Positions 12,022 through 25,168 of a stretch of DNA of 64,000 nucleotides are shown here, piece by piece (position 1 is the stretch's first letter; the number at the start of each line of letters is the position of its first letter). Position numbers and translations under genes: made by a program. The notes below the pieces were generated by a model, which was not told the DNA's origin, made no database searches, and worked only from the letters and a program-made list of their open reading frames with translations. This DNA comes from Octopus vulgaris (Eukaryota): positions 140,864,001-140,928,000 of the forward strand of contig OX597814.1 in NCBI GenBank assembly GCA_951406725.2. Direction: 5' to 3'.

Positions 12022-13639
12022 TAAATATGACTAATTAGAGGTGAAATCATCACTATCATTTAATGTCTGCTTTCCATGCTAACATGGGTTAGATGGTTTG
12101 GTAGGAGTCAGCTAACCCGAGTACTGTGCTGCTAAATCTCAGTATCTGCTTTGGCATTGTTTCAATGGCTGGATGGTCTTCCTAATGCCAACCACTTTTA
12201 CAGAGTATACTGTTACTTTTCACATAGCAAGCACCAGCACACCTAAGTTCACACCAGTATTTAGAAATATGTACTATTGGCTAATAATGTGTGTAAAAGA
12301 GCCATTTCCTGCCATGCATTGTTATGCATATGACCTAGATATACCATCTCATACTGCTGGTTTCTGCAGTATTGTGTTGTTATTTTTATTATTTAGTCAC
12401 AAGTCAGCCTTGATTAAGGAAGCACACCTATGATCAAAGGTGTTTTTGTGTTGACCATCCTATATCTTTATTTTTCGGGCATTGTGTATAAGGAACACCT
12501 ATTATCCAAGGTGTTTTTCTTTTTGTAAGAAAGTAATGTTATCTGAGTGGGGATTTGACTGCTATTTCTAACAGGTCAATTGCCCACATAGAGGCACCCT
12601 TTACAAAAATGGGTTGCTAACTAAAAAGCTTTTTTTTTTTGCTCCCCATGAGCAGAGTTTAACTTAATATGAGTTAATGACATCAATTTTACAATGAGGC
12701 TAGAACCTAACCTGGTTTACATGACACATAAGTAACTGAGATTACAACTCCACTTCCTCCTGGATAGAATGCCAGGTATCGCAGAGTTAACTTTCCAGCT
12801 ATTGCTGCAACTTACGGCTGAGCGTATTGGAGCAACATGGAAAGCTCAAGAACACAATGCACTGCCAAGACTGGGAATTGAAATCATGATCGTAAGACCA
12901 GGAGTGCAACACCATAATCACTACGTTATGTACCTTGATGGGCTAAGAACATTTAGCCTTTTCAGATGTGATGAAAGTAAAGTGTTGCAGCTTGCTTGAA
13001 ACATTGTGATACAGAAATAAAATACTAAAATAATGGAAGCAGAGAGATTCTTACAATGCAAAAAGGGAAAGTTCAGCAACCTTTAAATATCTTAGGCACA
13101 AAAACTCATCATCAGAAGTGAATAGAGTAAAGAAACATGAGTTTACACAGATCAGGCCTGCAAGAGTAATTTCAATATTTCAGTGTTGGGCTAACATACA
13201 AAGAATATCTGTATCTATATGTCAATTAACCCTTTAGTATGTAAACTGGCCATATCCGGCCCAATTAATCTAACTGTTTTGTGTTCAAACAAGCCATGTC
13301 CAGCATCTCACACCTACCCTACAGTGTCATTCTAAAACTCATACCATTGAAATCTCAAAGTTATGAGGTAATGTATGATTAATTAAAAACACTATGAATT
13401 ATATTTGATAGAGAAAGCTGAATGCTAAAGAGTTGAATAAGGATAAAAGAAGGGTTGTAGTTGGACCTTTTGATTGTAGAAAAGTGCTCACATTCTACTT
13501 CTAGAAGGACTTCCCTACTTAAATAGTAACAGTACGATGGCAGATCAAATAAAAAGCAAAAATTCATGCGAGAGTCAAAGAACTGCAAATCGATATTTTT
13601 AATTGGGATGGGTGGGGCAAAAATAATCACAATATCTGT

Positions 13640-13830
13640 TACTATGTCCTTCAAAACTTCCATGCTTCTTGAAATTCGCCAACAGTACACCTAATGGCTC
13701 CTACCTTTTTTCATCTTTTTTAATGACTCATTCACTGTTCACTTTCTGTGCATTATTCCCCGTACTATTCATGCACTTTTGGCCATTTATTCTGATGAGT
13801 TATAGTGTACCAGAGCACTGTATACAATAA
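13640..13830 (+). mobile_element. CR1-type LINE 3' end, same family as 62920-63255
   Basis: tccttcaaaacttccatgcttcttgaaattcgccaacagtacacc matches the reverse complement of ~63070-63115. Confidence 0.75.
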
Positions 13831-13834
13831 ACTC

Positions 13835-14455
13835 TTCCATTTGTTTCAGTCATGTGACTGCAGCCATGCTGGAGCACAGCCTTTAGTCGAGCAAACTGAC
13901 CCTCAGGACTTATTCTTTGTAAGCCTAGTACTTATTCTATCAGTCTCTTGTGCTGAACTGCTAAGTTACAGGGATGTAAACACACTAGCACTGGTTTTCA
14001 AGCGATGTTAGGGGCACAAACACAGACACACACTGTTGTGTCTGGGGAGAGTCATTTTCTTTTTGTGCTTTATGATTTAACACACCAGTAAAATTTCCAA
14101 TTATTCTTTATTTTTATTTTCCCAAAATTTTCGTTGTATGGTTGCAAGATGCAACGAAAATTTTAGGAAAATAAAAATAAGGAATAAGCGAAATTTTACC
14201 GGTGAGTGTGATAAATTATAAGGCACAAAAAAAAAATGACTCTCTCCAGACACAACAGAATATGCTTCAACACACGAACTCACATAAAGAATCTTGCAAA
14301 CCAAATCCCAAAACGAAATATATATATATATATATAATGACGGGCTTCTTTTGGCCCAATGCTATAGAAGACACTTGCCCAAAGTGCCACGCAGTGGGAC
14401 TGAACCCAGAACCATGTAGTTCGTAAGCAAGCTACTTTACCACACAGCCACTCCA
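13835..14455 (-). mobile_element. SINE family A interrupted by the fold-back element
   Basis: Tail 13835-14030, head 14338-14455. Confidence 0.85.
14033..14318. mobile_element. Fold-back insertion (probable Penelope-like terminus) nested in a SINE microsatellite
   Basis: Arms 14033-14139 and 14149-14258 are imperfect inverted copies. The right arm continues ~60 nt to a (TA)n tract. The host SINE is interrupted at ~14032 and resumes at ~14338. Confidence 0.75.
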
Positions 14456-14984
14456 GTGCGTAACTGGGGTTGAGCTAACCGACTGGCCCCCTCCCCCCAA
14501 ATTATTCTTCTTCTATATTAGCCGAGTATGTTTGATTCTTAATCCTGTAATTCATTATCAGTTACATTCACTAACAATAATAGGGGCGATAAGCTGATAG
14601 GTTTGCTAAAGGTTAGGGTCGATGTTACCAGAGAAATCAAATTTCTACGTGAACCAGTCGGCTTCACATACTAAGGGAGGTAACTCTGCGCCTTAGCTTA
14701 ACATTTTGACTTCGCTGCGTGTGCGCGAAGCCAGTCTAGATCCATCAGACAGACACAGCCAATGAACCAACGAAGATGCTGCCACGCAGTCTTTCAACTT
14801 GTTAGATATAGCAACCGTATAACTTACTTAGGAAGAGCTTGATAATCAAATTTATGAATTCACGATGGTTAACTGAAACAGAATAAGCGAAAGCTATTGT
14901 CATTAACCCTTTTGATACTAACACACCTGAAGCTGCCCATGGTTCTATGGTAAAAACTTCCTGTTTCAAATTGATATAAATTAA

Positions 14985-15345
14985 GGGCGTAGCTGTGTGG
15001 TAAGAAGCTTGCTTCCCAACCACACGGTTCTGGGTTCAGTCCCACTGTGTAGCACCTCGAGTTGACCAAAGCCCTGAGTGAATTTGGTAGACAGAAACTG
15101 AAAAGAAATTCGAATGTATATATCTATGTGTGTGTGATTGTTTGTCCTCCACCACTGCTTGACAACCGGTGTTAGTGTGTTTACATCCCTGTAACATTAG
15201 CAGTTCAGCAAAAGAGACCAATAGAATAAGTATCAGGCTGTAAAAAAATAAGAAAATGTCCTGGGGTTTATTTGTTTGACTAAAACTCTTTAAAGCTGTG
15301 CCCCAACATGGCCACAGTAAATGACTGAAACAAGTAAAAGATGAA
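14985..15345 (+). mobile_element. SINE family A
   Basis: gctgtgtggtaagaagcttgcttcccaaccac head through gactgaaacaagtaaaag tail. Confidence 0.88.
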
Positions 15346-15419
15346 AATCTCATGTTCATTTACATTAAAAACTAATGACAAGATTATTTAAAAAATTTCT
15401 TCATTATTTATTCATTATG

Positions 15420-15862
15420 ACAGAGTGTAAGAGCCCTGAGAGAAAAGTTGGACATAAGAAGCATCAGATGCGGTGTGAGACGACTGCACTGATATGGTCA
15501 TGTGTTGCATATGGATGAGGACAGCTGTGTGAAGAAGTGTCACACCCTAACAGTGGAAGGAACCCGTGGGAGAGGTAAACAGAGGAAGACATTGGATGAG
15601 GTGGTGAAGCATGACCTTCGAACGATGGGCCTCACAGAGCCAATGACAAGCAACTGAGACCTTTGGAGATATGCTGCGCTCATTGAGATGACCCAGCAAG
15701 TCAAGTGAGATCATAGCCATGGCTGATGCCAGTGTCACATAAGTGGTTCGTTTAAAAGTACCCTTCAATCGTCGGGCAATATGCTGTGCTTGAGAAGACC
15801 TGTTGAGTCAAGCGAAATCGTAGTCGTGACCGATGCTAGTATCGCCTGACTGGCATGTAAAA
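15420..15862 (+). mobile_element. RTE 3' fragment including ORF C-terminus
   Basis: Translates to REKLDIRSIRCGV, YGHVLHMDEDSCVKKCHTLTVEGTRGRGKQRKTLDEVVKHDL. Confidence 0.88.
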
Positions 15863-17192
15863 ATAAAGGCAGTGCATTTCAGAAATATGGTAACAAAAGG
15901 GTCGATGCACCACATGTAAGAGTGATGTTAACTGAAACTGAAATCAATGCAGCTGGAGCTGAGTCTGATGTGTATTTTCACATGGAGCCATGTAAGTATA
16001 TTCTCAGTATTTAGTCACTTAAACATTGGGAACTGTTTATACAATTATAATGATTCTATTAAAATACTCTATAGTGCAGGTCGTGTGTGCGTGTTTGCAT
16101 ATATGCATGTGTAAAAGAGAGAGAGGGAGGAAGAGAAGTGGAGAGAGGGAGAATTGAAGAGATGGGGGAAAGAAGTGGTAAGAGAGAGGGAGAGAAGTAG
16201 AGAGATAGGGAGAGAAGTGGAGAGAGAGAGAAGTAGATAGATAGAAGGAATGAGTGAGAGAGAGATATAAAGCAATGAGAACATTATGTTAGCAGCAGAT
16301 TGATATTCACAGGATTAAAAAGGTTGGCTGACATTGAAGAACTGCAATTGTCTATTGGAATTCTACAAAAATGCATAAAGAAATTTTATCTTAATACCTA
16401 TGACACCAGTCCATGTTGTTTATACCTCTTTGATATAGTTGCCATAGATATTAATAAAATACTTCAATAGCAAAAAAAAAAACAGTGCAATGGCCTAGCA
16501 AGATTTTTTGAGGAAGATTGGCAGCTGGCCATGCATGCAAGTCTCAGTATATGTATGTGTTTGTGTGTAACCTTGTCTAGACATCACCTCATCATCATCA
16601 TTGAACATCCGCTTTCCATGCTAGCATCGGTTTGGTAAGGCCAGGGAGCTGCACCAGGTTCCAGTCTGATTTGGCTTGGTTTCTATGACTGGCTGCCCTT
16701 CCTAATGTGTATTGGATGCTTTTTACGTGTCACTGGCATAGGCACCATGTACATGACACTGGCAATAGCCACAACTATGATTTCTCTTGACTTGACAAGT
16801 CTTCTCAAGCACAGCATATTGCCAAAGGACTTGGGTCACTTATTGCCTTCGTGGTAAATGAACATCATCATCATATAAGTTATGTTGCTTGTTTCCATCC
16901 AGCCTTCCATGAAAAACATGTCTGGCCATTGGGAAATATTACCTTCTTGGAAACAGGTAAGGGTTGGCAACAGGAAGAGCATCCAGCTGTAGAAAATCTG
17001 CCTCGATAAATTTTGGCTGATCCACACAAGCATGCAAAAGTGGACGTTAAATGATGATGATCTGTCTTCATAGCTCCTCAATATCTAAAAGTTCAGCAGG
17101 ACTTTAAACAATGTCTGAGTACTACCCATGCTGGTGTCATGTAAAAAACACCAACCACTTTACAGAGTAGGCTGGGTGCTTTTCACACGTCA

Positions 17193-17236
<44 letters not shown>

Positions 17237-17767
17237 ATATATATCATCATCATCATTTAGCGTCCGCTTTCCATGCTAGCATGGGTTGGACGGTTCAACT
17301 GGGGTCTGTGAAGCCAGAAGGCTGCATAAGGCCCAGTCTGATCTGGCAGTGTTTCTACAGCTGGATGCCCTTCCTAACGCCAACCACTCCGTGAGTGTAG
17401 TGGGTGCTATTTACGTGCCACATAAATAAGGATAATATCGATATTTAAATATCGATCTTATCTAGTGGCCAGCATGGGAATAAATACCATACAAAGGTAA
17501 TAATTATTTAAACTATAAATTAGGGTATCTGAGAGATACCACCATGCTGAAATAGCAGTCAAAACCCTGACCCTAAAACCACCTTAAATGTTCATATTGC
17601 ACCAGGAGAGAAGCCAGAAAGGCAAAATAAACTAGTAAAAAAGATTTTACTGGATAATTCAAGATCCTGGATTTCTACACACACACACATAGTGTTAAAG
17701 AATAACAAATCTGTACTGAGTAATTCTACAATTTAATGTAAAATTGTTATATCATAAAAACAAACAT

Positions 17768-18257
17768 TTGTGGAAAAGGTAGACCCAGGAAGACATGGAG
17801 TGAGGTGGTGAAGTACGACCTTTGAATATTGGGCCTCACAGAAGCAATGATGAGCAACTGAGATCTTTGGAGATGTGCTGTGCTCATTGAGAAGACCCAG
17901 TAAGCCAAGTGAGATCATAGTTGTGGCTGATGCCAGTGTCACATAACTGAACTGTTTAAAAGCACCCTTCAATCATTGGGCAGTATGCCATGCATGTGAA
18001 GAACTGTTGAACTGAGTGAAATTGTAGTCGAGGCCGATGCCAGTGCTGTCTGACTGGCACCCGTGCTGATGGCACACAATAGCACCTACAACATTCTCAG
18101 AGCGGTTGGTGTTAAGAAGGGCATCCAGCAGTAGAAACCTTGCCAAATCAGATTGGAGCCTGGTGCAACTTCCCAGCTTGCCAGTTCTCAGTCAAACTCT
18201 CCAACGCATGCTAGCATGGAAACTGGACGTTAAACGACAATGATGATGATGATGATT
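17768..18257 (+). mobile_element. RTE 3' fragment (ORF end, 3'UTR, (GAT)n)
   Basis: GRPRKTW-type end followed by the shared 3'UTR and tail. Confidence 0.85.
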
Positions 18258-18579
18258 TACACACACAATAGGCTTCTTTCAGTTTCTATCTACTAAATCC
18301 CTTCATAAAGCTTTGGTCAACCCAGGACTATTGTAGGAGACTTGCCCAAAGTGGCACATAGTTGGAGTGAACCTGAACCTGGGTGGTTGGAAAGTAAACT
18401 TCAACTTCTTACCACACTGCTACACTTGTGCCTAATTATTTTTGTTGTTGCCGGAAGGAATTAGAGAGAATTATAGAGAATTATTAGTAATGAAAAAAAA
18501 AAAGTCAAAACAAACATTTGTTATAATGTAATCAAATGCGATAAAAGTTATCTGGAAAATGTAAAGTTTTCTTTCTTAC

Positions 18580-18649
18580 CCGATCAACAACATGCTTGTA
18601 AATTAAACCATCCGAATTAAGGAACAGAGTGGATATACCTTCAAAAAAC
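18580..18649 (-). CDS. C6orf136: C6orf136 homolog exon 5 (QFFEGISTLFLNSDGLIYKHVVDR)
   Basis: tttatttccag acceptor, CGG|gtaaga donor, 70 nt, phase 2-0. Matches the YDAYSTFYLNSSGLICRHRLDK end of DUF2358. Confidence 0.9.
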
Positions 18650-18816
18650 CTGGAAATAAATTTAAGAAAAAATACAATGAAAATATTGATATATTCACCC
18701 ACTTATATAACAAATAAGCCAATGAAGGAGGCTCTATGTGGTCATTAGAAATAGTAACCTGATTTCCCTCAAACCAAACTGAAAGATACGTTGGGTAGTG
18801 TAGTCCTAGATAACTC

Positions 18817-19482
18817 TTAACCCTTTAGCATTCAGATATCGCTTATTTATTCACATGTTTTAAATTAATCATCATCATTTAACATCTGTTTTCCATGCTG
18901 GCATGGGTTGGATGGCTGCCTGGGCTTCATCTCTTTTGACATGGTTTCTACGGCTGGATGCCTTTCTTAATGCCAACCACTTTACAGAGTGTACTGGGTG
19001 CTTTTATGCTGCACTGGTATGGATGCTTTTTACATGGCACCAGCATCCACGAGCCCACAATATTAAGATCGCTCAGCCAAAGGAGGCAGGTGACATGCCT
19101 GTATACAAGGACAACCACGATTTTAACATAACTTGACATGCCTTCTCAAACACAGCAAACTGCCAGAAGTCTCATCCCTTGTCATCCCTTCAATGAGGCA
19201 AAAAATCTAAAGATCCATTCTCACTATTTCATGACACATCTTCCTGGATCTACCCCTTCCACACATTCCCTCCACAGTTAGAAACTGGCACTTCTTGATG
19301 TACCTGTCTTCATTCATGCACATTCAATGTTATCTTGTACCTTCAAGATTTCAACGATGTGATTGTTTATTCTTAGAATGATATTTTAGGGTAGGTGTGA
19401 GGGGCTGGATCTGGTCACTTTGAATATAAAACAAGTTGAATATATGAGCCAGATATGGCCAGTTTAAATGCTAAAGGGTTAA
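18817..19482. mobile_element. piggyBac-type MITE with nested RTE 3' fragment (~18869-19325)
   Basis: TTAA-ccctttagcatt ... aatgctaaaggg-TTAA. Same family at 13226-13437, ~25940-26083, ~44437-44625, ~63876-63970. Confidence 0.8.
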
Positions 19483-20834
19483 AGACGAGAGGGTTATACA
19501 TGGAATGCTTTTGATTGTAAGTTTGTGCAAATCAAGGGTGGCATAGTACTAAACAAATAATACTATTCAACAGAGATTGCACAGAAAACAGGACAAGTTT
19601 GCTATAGCAAAAGACACTTGCCCAAGGTGTAATGCTGGTGTTCTCTGCAACAGTTGAAGCTCCAATTTCCAAGTTAGGAGACATGTTGTGTTTTTAAGCA
19701 AAACACTTCACTTCACTCTACAACAGCTAGGTGGGTGGGTGGAAAGTACAATAAACTGATGTCTTGTACTTGGTTGCTTATATGCCACGGAAACTGGAAT
19801 AAGCTCTAGACCTAATGAGCCATTAAGGTTCACAACAGATTTAAGTCTGCTACTATAGCAGTGGGGGAAGGAAGGGAGGGGAGGCATTTACATAATTGAA
19901 TCTGTGGTTCCCTAAATCAGTTGAAAGGATGAATTTTCAGGTTATTAAGACCTTTTAAGCAATCAAGCAAACAGAAGTCTGTTAGGATGTGGTCTGGAGT
20001 GGTGATTGATGCACAACTTTTTCTCAAAAAATGCTGATGAAAGTGGTCTACAAAGCGCATGAGGAAAACTTGATGGATGACTAAATGCAAATTTACTTTG
20101 AATTGTATTAAGCAACAACAGGACATAAAAGGCTTGTAGAATCAGACAAAATGCTTAGTGACATTTCTTTGGCACTTTATGCTCTGAGTTCGAATCCTGC
20201 AGTAGCCAACTTTGCATTTCATCCCTTCAAGGTTGAAAAATAAAGCATTAGTCACAAAGTATTTGGCTTGATGCAATTAACTTTTTCCTTCCCCTCAAAA
20301 TAACAGGACTTGAACCCTGCAAAAGACAGTTCCTTGTTCAGGAAGTATGCTATGATCTTGGTCACTTTTATGCCAGGGAAATAAGGCCACCAGCCTAATG
20401 AAACTTAGGGCTTGGAAAAAGGGGACAAAAAAAAAAGAAAAAGAAAGTAGGACATAAAACTTGCGGACGACCAAAACTTTAGTATGTACCACTGATCCAC
20501 CTGGACTATGCTATGCACTGCAGGTCTAAATGGTTTTATTATGTAGTACTGGCACAGCTCATTGTAGGATGTATTTGTGCTTGGCAGAAGGTTAACAACT
20601 GTTTAAAGAAGTTTCTGGTCCTCTTTCAGAGGCAGTTTTTGGCTCTATCGTAAGATATCTATCTACAAAGAGGGTCTGTGACTTGTTGGGGTTTTGAAAA
20701 TTGAACGAGTTCGAACAACTCAGCTGTTATATGTAATGAGACTTAAGTTCAATAATGTGCAGCAAAATATTAAGTTTTTAATCAATTGTAATATTTAAAA
20801 AAAAAACAAACTTAAAAACACGAGAGAGTTGAAG

Positions 20835-20970
20835 TACAACTCGTTTTGGAACAGAATTTTCTGATAAAAATGTTAAGTCTTCCATATTTTGATTTAAAGA
20901 ATTACAACTCGTTTTGGAACAGAATTTTCTGATAAAAATGTTAAGTCTTCCATATTTTGATTTAAAGAAT
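20835..20970. repeat. Perfect 68-bp tandem duplication
   Basis: tacaactcgttttgg...gatttaaagaat at 20835-20902 and 20903-20970. Confidence 0.95.
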
Positions 20971-22469
20971 TTTCGTTGCAGTTCATAACTTCGTAACTGA
21001 AACTTTTAGCTTCTCCGTCAGGCACAGACACACATAAACAAGAAGAAACGTAGAACAACAATTTAAAATCTGAAAGGAGATAGCGCACAATCGGTAACAC
21101 TATTAGTTGTCTCCCTTGAAATAATTAAAAAAAAAAATTTATGCCACCAGTTAAAGAATAGTTATCTTTCTTTAACCAAATAGCAAGGTCAGCAATAATC
21201 GCTTAAAGAAAGCGTAAATGTATGCAATTTTCACCTACGAATCTAATCAAATTACTATTTTCGTGGAATAAATAGAAACATTATGAGCCTATCTCAAGGT
21301 AGGAGGTTAAAAATAAATTACAGACCATGATAAATATTATCATACGGAAAATTCGAACATTATTATACACATACTCGCGCAATAGTGTTTTTTTTTTTTT
21401 TTGTCCGCTATTGGATACAATCCCAGTCGGAACACTTGAGAAGAACTTATCTCAACACGCGTCACCCAGTACTAAATAATTCTTCTTTACAAGTACTTAG
21501 TTCCGATAGAATATCATTTATTTACCATACAACTTCAATCGATAAATAATAGTATCGTTATCTTTATCGTCGTTCATCGTTTAACGTCCGCTTTCCCTGC
21601 TAGCATGGGTTGGACGATTTTGACTGAGGGCTGGCGAACCAGATGGTTGCACCAGGCTCCAATCTTGATTTGGCAGAGTTTCTACAGCTAGATGCCCTTC
21701 CTAACGCCAACCACTCCGAGAGTGTAGTGGGTGCTTTTTACGTGCCAAAGGCACGGGGACCAGTCAGGCGGTACTGGCAACGACCTCGCTCGAATCCTTT
21801 TACACATGCCACCAGCACAGGTGCCTGTAAGGCGACTTTGGCAACGATCACGCTCGAATGGTGCCCTTTTACGTGCCACTGGCACGGAAGCCAGTTGGCT
21901 GCTCTGGCAGGGGCCAGTCAGGCGGTACTAGCAACGACAGCAGCAACCTGGCAGAATCGTTAGTGTGCCAGCATTTTTTATGGCTATATATGTTCTGAGT
22001 TCAAATGCTGCTGAGGTAGACTTTGTCTTTTATCTTCTAGGGCCGATGAAATAATTAAGTTGAGCGCTGGAGTCGATGTAATTAACTTCCCAGTCCCCTC
22101 TCAATTGCTTGCTATGTGCCAAAAGTTAGAAAGATTTATTTTAATATCAATGAAGGCAGTAAAAGGCAGCGAGCTGGCAGAATCGTTAGCACGTTGGGCA
22201 AAATGTTTAGCAGCATTTTATCTGTTCTGAGTTCAAATTCTGCTGATGTTGACTTGACCTTTCAGAGAGTTGGCAGAATAATTAGAACATTATACTGGCA
22301 CTTTACATTCATCATCATTATCATTTAACATCCGTTTTCCATGTTGGCATGGGTTGGACGGTTTGACAGGGACTGACCAGCTGAAAGGCTGTTCAGGCTC
22401 CATGTCAGTTTTGGCATGGTTTCTATGGCTGGATGCTCTTCCTAATGCTAACCACTCTACAGAGAACAA

Positions 22470-22890
22470 CATTTAGACAGAACTACTTTACCTCAATCTG
22501 TCCAGATATCTTTAATATTATACCAAAATGTCAAAATGGAAACCATAAAATTCAAAAGTTCTCTGGACAAATTCCTCCAAAAAATTCTGGACCAACCTCC
22601 TACACCAGGATATGTCTCCAACAATAACTCTTTGTTAGAGTGTGCCATGGTGCCCAATATACGATCAAAACATTTCACCAGGTGGTGCTATTAAGTTAGA
22701 CATGGCCTGGGCCTATACTGGTCAAAACCTATCAATGTTATTATACCTGGCTACAACTCACTCAACAAGAACTTCCTACTCGAATGGACTATGGTACCAC
22801 AAAACTTGACTTAAAAAAGGATTTAGCTAATCCTATCAGGTGATGCTATTAAGTTAGACATGGCCTGGACCAATCTTTGGTTGAAACATA
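22470..22890 (+). mobile_element. CR1/L2-group LINE 3' end with duplicated tail
   Basis: KFKSSLDKFLQKILDQPPTPGYVSNNNSLLE C-terminal pattern. aggtg(g/a)tgctattaagttagacatggcctgg at 22680 and 22838. Confidence 0.65.
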
Positions 22891-23020
22891 TCTAAGTTAT
22901 GTACTGGGTGCTTCTATGCAGCACCAGCATGGGTGCTTTTTATGTGGCACATTATGGTTTCAACCAAATTCAACTTTTGCCTTTCATCCTTCTGGAGTTT
23001 GAGTGGATTTCATAAATGGA

Positions 23021-23316
23021 ATACAGTGGCACTGAAATGCATAAGACCAGGGATCACATGTGAATTTGTATTCTCACTGAAACTGAAGATGAATTATACA
23101 CCTCAGCAACGAATGACAACTACATCTATGGTGTCCATGCTATACAACATGCTTGCTCCCCCAGTGGGGCATTTATTATATTTGCAAATTGGATGTTTGG
23201 GCTGCTGGCAGAGAAGCATTACTTAGACTGTTGGATGGGGGTCATCATTTGTGAACAACATGGTGAAGTTGTTGGTCGGAGCTGGCTCAACTGCCCTCAG
23301 GTGAATGCCACTGTAT
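23021..23316. mobile_element. Possible Tc1-type MITE
   Basis: atacagtggca ... tgccactgtat, i.e. TA-CAGT termini. Confidence 0.4.
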
Positions 23317-23552
23317 GTACAAGTGTCTTCCTTACCACACAGTCACATTGGTGCTGGTCAGTCTTTCAAAAAAAAAAAAAACCCAGAAAAAAAACCAAAC
23401 CTTGCTCAGGCCTGCACAGACAGATGCAAACACATGGCCAATCCGAACTGAAAGAGACCTCAGAATAGTAGCCTTACAATGCTATGGACACTACTCCATA
23501 TTACTCAGATTAATGATTAAAATGAAAATACATAAAAAAAAATTGTACGTAC

Positions 23553-23771
23553 TGGGATTCCGATTTTAATGAGCTGCGATAGGTCCATGGCATAAAATTC
23601 CAAATCTGTAATGTTTTCAGCTGTGGTAGGCCACTGACCCGCCAATGCAGACGAATAGAAGCAGTCTCAGGTTTGATTGAAATATTGAGGATGCTCATTT
23701 GAAGGTGGGCATATTTCATGTGTGACAACATTCTCACTTTTACCAACTCCAACATGTAGGCACGAATTCCT
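23553..23771 (-). CDS. C6orf136: C6orf136 homolog exon 4 (KGIRAYMLELVKVRMLSHMKYAHLQMSILNISIKPETASIRLHWRVSGLPQ...SES)
   Basis: cattttttcag acceptor, CA|gtacgt donor, 219 nt, phase 2-2. Carries the KGxxxY...AHL...WRxxGLP pattern of C6orf136/DUF2358. Confidence 0.92.
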
Positions 23772-23954
23772 CTGAAAAAATGAAAAGCAGTATTTAGTTT
23801 TCCCCGCTTAATCTCATCCATCAGCATTCTGTTTCATACTGGCATGGAGTGGTCAGATCTGTAATAAACCCGTTCACATGTTTTACTAAATCTCACATGT
23901 AATATCCACTAAGCCTACATGTCTCAGGTCTTTTCTTCCAACTATTGCAGAACC

Positions 23955-24122
23955 TCTACATGGCTGCTTGACCTGCAAGAGATAGCAACTGAATCTCCCT
24001 TAAATCACATTCTATATGTTAAATAAAGATACATTAATTAAGATGTAGTAACCCTTAAATATATGGAATAGTCATGGTTGGAATGCCTTTGATCACAGAG
24101 CTCCCATGGGGCAAAATAACAA
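23955..24122 (+). repeat. Unclassified dispersed repeat family D (gacctgctagaaatagcagc...gaatgcctttgatcatagg)
   Basis: Related blocks at ~2485-2610, 12400-12600(-), 18718-18810, 19490-19560, 44230-44350, 44640-44800(-), 45700-45790(-), 49460-49570(-). Confidence 0.6.
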
Positions 24123-24802
24123 CTACATGTAATTTACTCTAGAAATCATCATCATCATATATAACGTCTGTTTTCCATGCTGGCATGGGTTGGATGGTAC
24201 AACAGAAGCTGGCAAGCCAGAGAGCTGCACCAGGCTCCAATTGTCTGCTTTGGCATGGTTTCTACAGTTGGATGCCCTTCCTAAACCCAACCACATTACA
24301 GAGTGTACTGGGTGCATTTTATATGACATCAGCACCAGTTCTAGAAAAACAATAAAGAATTTCATCAAATACTGGCTATAAGTAGTTGGAAGAGGGAAGT
24401 TCCAGCTAGTAGGATTTGATGTTTATAAACAGAACTTGATTGCTCAGTGTTATCTTATAGAGCTTGCACTTACATCTCCAAGCAGTTGTAACAACCTAAT
24501 GAAGGATGTCTTTGAGAATGGTTGAAAAAAGACCATTCACAGCTATGGAATGTACACCTTTCTTCACCAATATGTTAATAGCTTTTAGGATAAAAGAAAA
24601 TAGGTTAATCTAAAAGGTATATGTAACCAAACAGATGTGTACAGCCGTATGCACGTGTAAGTATGATAATGTGCATTGCATGACTGCAAATGTGAGTGAA
24701 TAGAGAAATAGCAAATATTGGTTTTGATGATGCCTGTGTCTATGAGCAGGTTTGTTTGTTCTGTTTTTCAATACTAGCATAAATTAGATGAATATATTAT
24801 CA

Positions 24803-25168
24803 AGGCGTAGGAGTGGCTGTGTGGTAAGTAGCTTGCTTACGAACCACATGGTTCCGGGATCAGTCCCACTGCGTGGCACCTTGGGTAAGTGTCTTCTACT
24901 ATAGCCTTGGGCCGACCAAAGCCTTGTGAGTGGATTTGGTAGACAGAAACTGAAAGAAGCCTGTTGTATATATATATATGTATATATGTGTGTGTGTGTG
25001 TATATGTTTGTCCCCCCAACATCGCTTGACAATTGATGCTGTTGTGTTTATGTCCCTGTAACTTAGCGGTTCGGCAAAAGAGACCGATAGAATAAGTACT
25101 AGGCTTACAAAGAATAAGTCCTGGGGTCGATTTGCTTGACTAAAAGCGGTGCTCCAGCATGGCCACGT
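24803..25168 (+). mobile_element. SINE family A, young copy
   Basis: Near-consensus sequence with CpGs retained. Confidence 0.9.
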
